DNA of 64,000 bases from Octopus vulgaris (Eukaryota). The position numbers and the translations under genes are program-made. A model generated the notes under the pieces. The model searched no databases. It was not told the origin of the DNA and saw only the letters and a program-made list of their open reading frames with translations. Location: NCBI GenBank assembly GCA_951406725.2, contig OX597824.1, positions 41,168,001-41,232,000 of the forward strand, read 5' to 3'. Positions 57,171-64,000 of this stretch are shown here, in pieces (the first letter of the stretch is position 1; each line of letters starts with the position of its first letter).

Positions 57171-57214
57171 AATAGGTTTCAATACCTTTTTTTTTATCAT
57201 TCCTAGAGATACTA

Positions 57215-57394
57215 TCATTTGTACAAGTTGGATCCAAGACTCACCCAGAGACCTCAAGAGACAAGTTGGAAGTTCATGCTGGTGTTATGCCTAGGGTGGC
57301 ATATATTTGGTTTTGTACAAAGTGTTGTTCTAGAGAATGTTTAAGAAACCATAAGAAAATTATGCTTGTTTTAAAACTTGAGATTACATAGAAA
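57215..57394 (-). mobile_element. R4/Dong LINE 3' UTR fragment, subfamily 2
   Basis: Homologous to 62285-62452 (TTTGTACAAGTTGG..CCAAG..TCACCCAGAGACCTCAAGAGAC...TTGAGATTACATAGAAAG). Confidence 0.75.
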
Positions 57395-57436
<42 letters not shown>

Positions 57437-57992
57437 GAGTGAGAGAGCAGTTCATGCCATCAAAGTGACATTGGGGTAAAATATACGAAGCCCAATATAC
57501 CCATCATGACTACCCGTCTGATAAAGGTACACCAGGCACATGCATCACAACCATATGTGCGCGACATGGTGATCTCATATCAAGATAAACAGCACATGAC
57601 CTTGCAGGTGGGGCCCAGTTAGAATTTTCTTCAGGTTGAGTAGCCCATCCCGCTCAAACGGTCCCTGAATAAGGGTTGTTTAAGGATGTTGAAAGAACCA
57701 CCCATGTTTCCAGAGGTGAACTATTCAAACCCCAAAGAATCCCTCTCAACACATGGCTATGATGCTCCCCCACTACTTCTGCTCGTGATCAGAGATGCAC
57801 ATATCGTCAGCCACTAAGGGACATGCTCAACTGGTTAAGGTCAAACAACTGATAAGCAAATCTGTGGTATTGAGCAGAATATTTGCTGTAGCCTATCTTT
57901 TATACCAAGACAAAACAATGTACATGATAACACTTCCAATCAGTTAAGATCAGAAGCCATGAGAGCCACTGCCTGGTACTGCATCAGGGCAT
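57437..57992 (-). mobile_element. Non-coding retroposon family D, longest copy, between (AAT)n tracts
   Basis: Five related copies in window; no ORF, no tRNA A/B boxes seen. Confidence 0.85.
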
Positions 57993-58008
57993 GTTATTAT
58001 TATTATTA

Positions 58009-58050
<42 letters not shown>

Positions 58051-58051
<1 letters not shown>

Positions 58052-61000
58052 TTTTTTTTTTCTTCTTTCAAATTTTCTTCCATTTCTTCCCGAGTGTCTT
58101 CCCGACTCCTAGGGCAAAGAAACTCATAGTGTATATTGGTAGGCCATTAAACCAAACTCAGTAGTTCGTTCATTTTTTTTTTTTTTAAGTTAAATTAAAA
58201 TGCATGAGCAGCAACAGTTCTCACATCGACAATGCTCTTCTCAATACGTGTGATGTACCAGTTAAGACAATCTTTTGCACTTCTTGCAGGGATGGTAAGC
58301 CAGGGATCATTCTCATATAATTTTCGGTTCCCTTCTTGATCATTCCTAGTGCTCCTACGATCACTGGTATTGTAACCGCCTTGAGATGCCACATTTTCTC
58401 AATTTCAATGAGTAGGTCTTTATATTTTCTGAGCTTGTCAAACTCTTTCGCTGAGATATTATGATCACAGGGGATGCTCATGTCGATCAATAAGCAAACT
58501 TTATTGTTTTGGTCTTTCACAACAATATCTGGTTTATTGGCCTTGATGGTTCGGTCTGTATGTACTGGAAAGTCCCACAGAATGGTTACATTTTCTCCTT
58601 CAGTTACAGCCTCAGGGTGGTGATTATACCACTTGTCGGCAGTTTTGATATTGTAATGCCGACTTATTAGCCAGTGGAGATATTGGCCAACTCTGTCATG
58701 TCTTAATTTATACTCCACTGGTGCTAAGACTTTACATCCAGAGATTAGGTGGTCCACTGTTTCAATCATGTCGTTGCAGAATCGGCATTTTGGGTCTGCT
58801 CCATTTTTCATCACATTGGCCTGGTAGTTCCGGGTTGATAGGCTTTGGTCTTGAGCAGCCAGGATGAAACCTTCGCTCTCTGCTTTTAGCCCTGAGCTCC
58901 GCAGCCACTGATGGGTTTGCTTCTGGTCAACATCAGCTTGTTTGCTGCGGGTCACATATTTGCCGTGCAGAGGTTTCTCCTCCCACCTATCAGCCAATTG
59001 CTCGTGCGCTTTTTTCATTGCCATCATTTTCACCTTCTTTGCAACAATAGTTGCCGTACTTCCCTCGGGTTGTTCAGTTTGGGTATCCTGCACGAGATCA
59101 ATAGCAAATTTTTTGCTTTCCTTGATGATAGAATGAAGCTTCTTTCGTCTCTCGTGATTTTCCACGAGCTTTAGCATCCAGTCATTCGATATTTCGAGAT
59201 ATTTGGCCAGTCCAAATGTGGTTGTTTTGTAAGCTAGTTCAAATTGGATCAGGCCTCAACCTCCTTGGGCTCTGGGAAGGTAAAGGCGATCTACGTCTGC
59301 CTTTGGGTGGTGCATCCTATTACAACTCAGCAGCTTGCGTATTTTTCTATCTATATTCTTTACTTCACTCATATTCCAGTTCAACACATTGTAGCTATAA
59401 GTAACAACTGGAACTGCTATGGAATTTATAGCTAACACCTTGTTACGTGCATTTAGTTCAGATTTCTGGACTGCACGAACTCTCCTATAACATTCCTTCC
59501 TGATTTTCTCTTTCATGCTTGCATGCTGAATACCAGAACCTTCATTTATCCCTAAATATTTGTATGTTTGTTCTTGCTCAAGCTCTCTTATGACTGTGTC
59601 AACATCTAACACGACTGAATTTGTGGTCTTCACTTTCCCTTTCTGGAAAGTGGCCTTGGCACACTTCTCAAGTCCAAACTCCATCCCGATGTCATCGCTG
59701 AATGATTTCACGGTGCGCAATAGGCCTTCAAGTTCATTATTGTCTTTACCATAAAGTTTTAAGTCATCCATATAAAATAAATGGCTTATTTTTTTATTGG
59801 CAATTTTATACCCATACCTTGTTCTGTTTAATTCACTTGTAAGGGGTATTAGGGCTATGCAGAATATTAAAGGTGAAAGTGAGTCACCTTGAAAAATTCC
59901 ACAGTTGATGTTTATATTTTCTGAGGCAAGTACTCCATTAGAGTGGTATAATTGGAGATTCGTATTCCACAACGACATATTGTGCTTCAGGAAGTTTGAA
60001 ATCACAGGGGAAATTTTGAAGATGTCCAGCGATCTCAAGATCCATGGATGCGGTATACTGTCGAAGGCCTTTTTATAGTCAATCCATGCGGTGCTGAGAT
60101 TTCTTCGCTTGTTGTGACAGTTCTCAAGGATCATACGATTGATTAGCAGTTGATCTTTGCATCCGTAAGAGCCTCGGCGGCACCCTTTTTGTTCAATGGG
60201 GAAAATATCGTTCTTCTCCATGAATGCATGTGTTTTCTCCGCCAGGATAGATGTTAGGATTTTATATGTGGTGGATAGACAGGTTATAGGCCGATAGTTT
60301 TTTGGAAGGTTGGTTTCGTTATTCTTTGGGAGTAGGTAAGTAATGCCACTTGCTAACCATTCAGGTGTTTTCTTTGGGTCTCTCATAATTCCATTGAGCA
60401 GCTGAACTAGCTTACCGTGTGCGCACGGGAGCGATGCGAGCCAGAAATTCGGCACCCTATCTTTACCGGGGGATTTCTAATTATGGGCCTTCGTGAGTGC
60501 CTTTCTTAGGTCTGCTATTGTGATGTCTTCCCATGCTTGTTGTTGTAAATTTTGGTAGGATCCTTCAGTTTGTATAATCCAGTCTGCATTTATGTTGTAC
60601 GTCTTCTTGTCACTCCAAATCTTTTTCCAAAAGTTTTGAACTTCTTCCATGGGAGGGGGGTCTTTAACGGTTACTTTCTCCTTCCCTATTTCTCTGTAGA
60701 ATTTTTTGGCATTGGATGTGAACAGCTTATTTTGCTTGTAAAACTTGTTTCTCTTCTCAAATCTTCGTATTCTTTGGGCTTTTGCTTGGACTTTTTGTTT
60801 CAGCGTTTCTTTTATTGATATCGGTTCTTCTCTTGGTGAGGATCCAAATTTTCTCTTCATCTTTCTTCCTGTTCTGGATCTTACATCATTTCCACATATT
60901 AGTTCATTTAATATTGATATTTCCCCTCTCATAAATTCAATCTCTTTTTCAATTTTACTTCTCCAGGTTTGATTTCTTCCCAGGTTATGTTTTCTTTGTT

Positions 61001-61897
61001 TTTTCGGGGCCATACAGCTGGTTTCAATTGCCCTAGCAGAAGCGTAAATAATTTCATTTAACTCAGTAAAATCAGGTTTTAATTCTCGTATTATTTCATT
61101 TGTTACATAGTTGCCAATTTGGATTTGTTTTTTATTTTGGTTTGTATTTGAGAGTTTATGAAGCGGTTCTCTATCATTCATACTTGTATGTCTTACAACT
61201 TCAAGCGTATTCAGGATTTTCTGCCTCATTTCTGCTATAGACTCTCTGTGTTCTTCAGCAAATGCGAGATCTTCAGTTACTGTTGTTTTTTCGTTTTCCT
61301 GGCTATCTTTAACAGGTACAATAGAATTTCTTGTATCTTCAGGCCTTTGCGTACTTTGGTCAGATGGCAGTCTTTCAATTAAGCCTCGTGGCGGGCTATA
61401 CTGTTCATCTGATTCTTCATTTCCTTTGTGTCTTATATTTATGTCATTTTCCGTTGCGTGCTTGATCGCGCTTATTTCACTGTCTGTGAGTCTGTTATTT
61501 CTAAAGATATCCCTCCTCACATTTGCTAATTTGTTCTCGTCCAAATAGGGCCTACTGTCTTGATTCCGTGTTCTCCATATACTGTAAGAGTTTGCGGTGT
61601 GTCTCTCTTGAGATGGCCTACCTAATGCATAGTAATAAGCGTATATTACTTCTTTATACTCTTCTCGGGTCCATTTGTTCCGCTTACATTTTTCTTTCTG
61701 TGGTGGTTGTGGTGGTGAACTTGGAGGGCTCGAGTTGGGGGATTTCCCGTTCAAGTGACCATCCATGTCCGTATTCGGAGAAGAGTTTGTGCCAGTTGAT
61801 GACTTTTCGATCCCAGGCTGGCTCTTCCCTGGGGGACGCGCTTCCAGATTAACCATAGGACAAGCGATTTGGTATACTGATTTAGTTTTCCTTTTAG

Positions 61898-61900
<3 letters not shown>
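58051..61900 (-). mobile_element. Near full-length R4/Dong-clade non-LTR retrotransposon inserted in (AAT)n
   Basis: Single-ORF layout; (TTA)n on both flanks; ~44-nt 5' UTR and ~170-nt 3' UTR. Confidence 0.9.
58221..61856 (-). pseudogene. RT + CCHC finger + restriction-like endonuclease ORF (1212 codons) broken by two in-frame stops
   Basis: NYRPITCL, WIDYKKAFDSI, GIFQGDSLSP, YMDDLKL, CRFC...H...C, RHD, KPDIVV...IDMSIP...K; ORF pieces are in the same frame; stops TAG 60477-60479 and TGA 59256-59258. Confidence 0.93.
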
Positions 61901-61971
<71 letters not shown>

Positions 61972-62180
61972 GAAGGTGGCGGGCTGGCAGAATCGTTGGC
62001 ACGCCGGAGAAAAAGCTTAGTGACATTTCGTTTGTCTTTTCGTTCTGAGTTCAAATTCCGCCGAGGTCGACTTTGCCTTTCATCCTTTCGGGATCGATAA
62101 ATTAAGTATCAGTAAAACACTGGGGTCGATGAAATCGATTATCCCCTCCTCCAAATTTCGGGGCTTGTGCCTATAATAGA

Positions 62181-62183
<3 letters not shown>
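61972..62183 (+). mobile_element. SINE family B
   Basis: GAAGGTGGCGGGCTGGCAGAATCGTT...GTGCCTATAATAGAAAT+(AAT)n. Confidence 0.85.
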
Positions 62184-62228
<45 letters not shown>

Positions 62229-62232
62229 TATA

Positions 62233-62264
<32 letters not shown>

Positions 62265-62265
<1 letters not shown>

Positions 62266-62780
62266 TGTTTGACTTTTGCTTTATATTTGTACAAGTTGGC
62301 TCCAAGTCTCACCCAGAGACCTCAAGAGACAACAGGTTGGAAGTTCACGTTGTTGTTATGCCTAGTGTGCCATATATTTGGTTGTTTTTTGTGTTATACT
62401 AGTGGATGTCTAAAAAAAAATGTTTGTTTTAAACCTTGAGATTACATAGAAAGTATTTTGCGTAGGATATGAGCAGTTCCTATGAGCACTATCTTTTGAA
62501 TTTCTGCCATTTTTGGGTTTCCTGGTATCTGAGTTAGGTAGCAATCAGCCCCTTTTGCTATCATTCCCAGGGTACCTCTGACAACAGGTATTGTTTTAGT
62601 CTTCAGGTTCCACAGTTTGCTGATTTCTATTTCAAGATCTTTATATTTGCTCAGTTTTTGGTAGGTCTTGACAGATACGTTTATATCGATTGGGACAGTC
62701 ATATCAATGAGGAGGCATGTTCTTTGTTTGAAGTCTTTCAATATGATGTCTGGCCTATTTGCATCTACCTTTCTGTCAGT
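62265..62780 (-). mobile_element. R4/Dong LINE 5'-truncated copy, subfamily 2 (RLE C-terminus + 3' UTR) in (AAT)n
   Basis: DRKVDANRPDIILKD...LLIDMTVP...KLSKYKDLEIEI...QKIVLIGTAHILRKILSM. Confidence 0.9.
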
Positions 62781-62800
62781 TATTATTATTATTATTGTTA

Positions 62801-62859
<59 letters not shown>

Positions 62860-62909
62860 TGAAGTAATATTAGTATTTTTAGTTGTAGTAGAATTTGTAA
62901 TATTAGTAT

Positions 62910-63121
62910 TAAAGCAGTGAGCTGGTAGAATTGTTACCGCACCAGACAAAATGCTTAACAGCATTTCTTTCGGCTTCACGTTCTGGGTACAAATACTGCC
63001 GAGGTCTACTCTGCCATTCATTCTTTCGGCGGTCGATAAAAGTAAGAACCTGCCAAGTACTGGGGTCGTGTAATCGACTTGTTTTCGCCTATAAAATGTC
63101 AGGCCTTGTGCCTATAGTAGA

Positions 63122-63123
<2 letters not shown>
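62910..63123 (+). mobile_element. SINE family B, diverged
   Basis: AAAGCAGTGAGCTGGTAGAATTGTT...GTGCCTATAGTAGAAAT+(AAT)n. Confidence 0.75.
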
Positions 63124-63210
<87 letters not shown>

Positions 63211-63232
63211 TAATAATAATAATAATAATAAT

Positions 63233-63652
63233 AAAAAGATGGGCTACAGCAAATATTCTGCTCAATACCACAGATTTGCTTGTCAGTTGTTTGACCTTTA
63301 CCAGTTGACCATGTCCCTTAGTGGATGACGATATTTGCATCTCTGATCGCGAGCAGAAGTAGTTGGGGAGCATCATAGACATGTGTTGAAAGGAATTCTT
63401 AGAGAGGTTTGGATAATTCATCCTTAAACAATCCTTATTCAGAGACCTTTTGACCAGAAGAAAATTCTAATTGGGTCCCACCTGCAAGGTCATGCGCTGT
63501 TTATCTTGATATGAGATCACCATGTCGCGCACATATGGTTGTGATGCATGTGCCTGGTGTACCCTTATGAAGCGGGTAGTCATGATGGGTATACTGGGTT
63601 TCGTATATTTTACCCCAGTGTCACTTTGATGGCGTGCACTGCTCTCTCACTC
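63233..63652 (+). mobile_element. Family D copy with internal deletions, followed by (AAC/AAT)n tail; inverted 60-bp fragment at 63759-63820
   Basis: Reverse complement of 57437-57905. Confidence 0.85.
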
Positions 63653-63688
63653 AATAACAACAACAACAACAACAGCAACAACAACAAC

Positions 63689-63760
<72 letters not shown>

Positions 63761-64000
63761 CAAAGTGACACTGGGGTAAAATATACGAAGCCCAGTATAC
63801 CCATCATGACTACCCGTCTGAGGCTCAGATCAACCATGATCAAAAAAGCTTATGCTCAAAGGCGTTGTGATCACCCCTTCTTATTGTCTGACATATTGTA
63901 TTCAGGACTACATCACGAAAAGTTTTCTTATCTCTTTTCAAAAGACAGCAAGGTGTGATGTAGGGAGATTTCGCTGCCAGTTTTAGCAGGTCGATTGACG

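Overview
AT-rich eukaryotic intergenic or intronic DNA, saturated with microsatellites ((TA)n, (CA)n, (TACA)n, (TATC)n, (GA)n, (AAT)n, (AAG)n) and interspersed repeats. The repeat profile looks like an Octopus (coleoid cephalopod) genome; this is my inference, not a database result. No host protein-coding exon could be supported, and nearly all ORF-track entries are microsatellite translations. The real coding content is transposon-derived: a nearly intact R4/Dong-type RLE LINE inside (AAT)n (58051-61900, minus, one frame with two point stops) plus three 3' fragments, five Penelope-like (RT/GIY-YIG) remnants, a DD37D Tc1/mariner deletion derivative, a Gypsy integrase relic, a CR1-type 3' end, hAT, Helitron and other MITEs, and several tRNA-headed SINE families. 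The most notable hidden signal is a set of minimal type I hammerhead ribozymes with palindromic stem III (four plausibly intact, four degenerate). One lies just 3' of a GIY-YIG ORF and three sit in a ~200-bp non-coding mini-element. Also notable: a headless ~555-bp retroposon with (AAT)n tails, SINE tail swapping, several hairpins and inverted repeats, a ~550-bp duplication 24 kb apart, and short unique islands carrying RFX X-box, CRE/ETS, E-box and CCAAT motifs.
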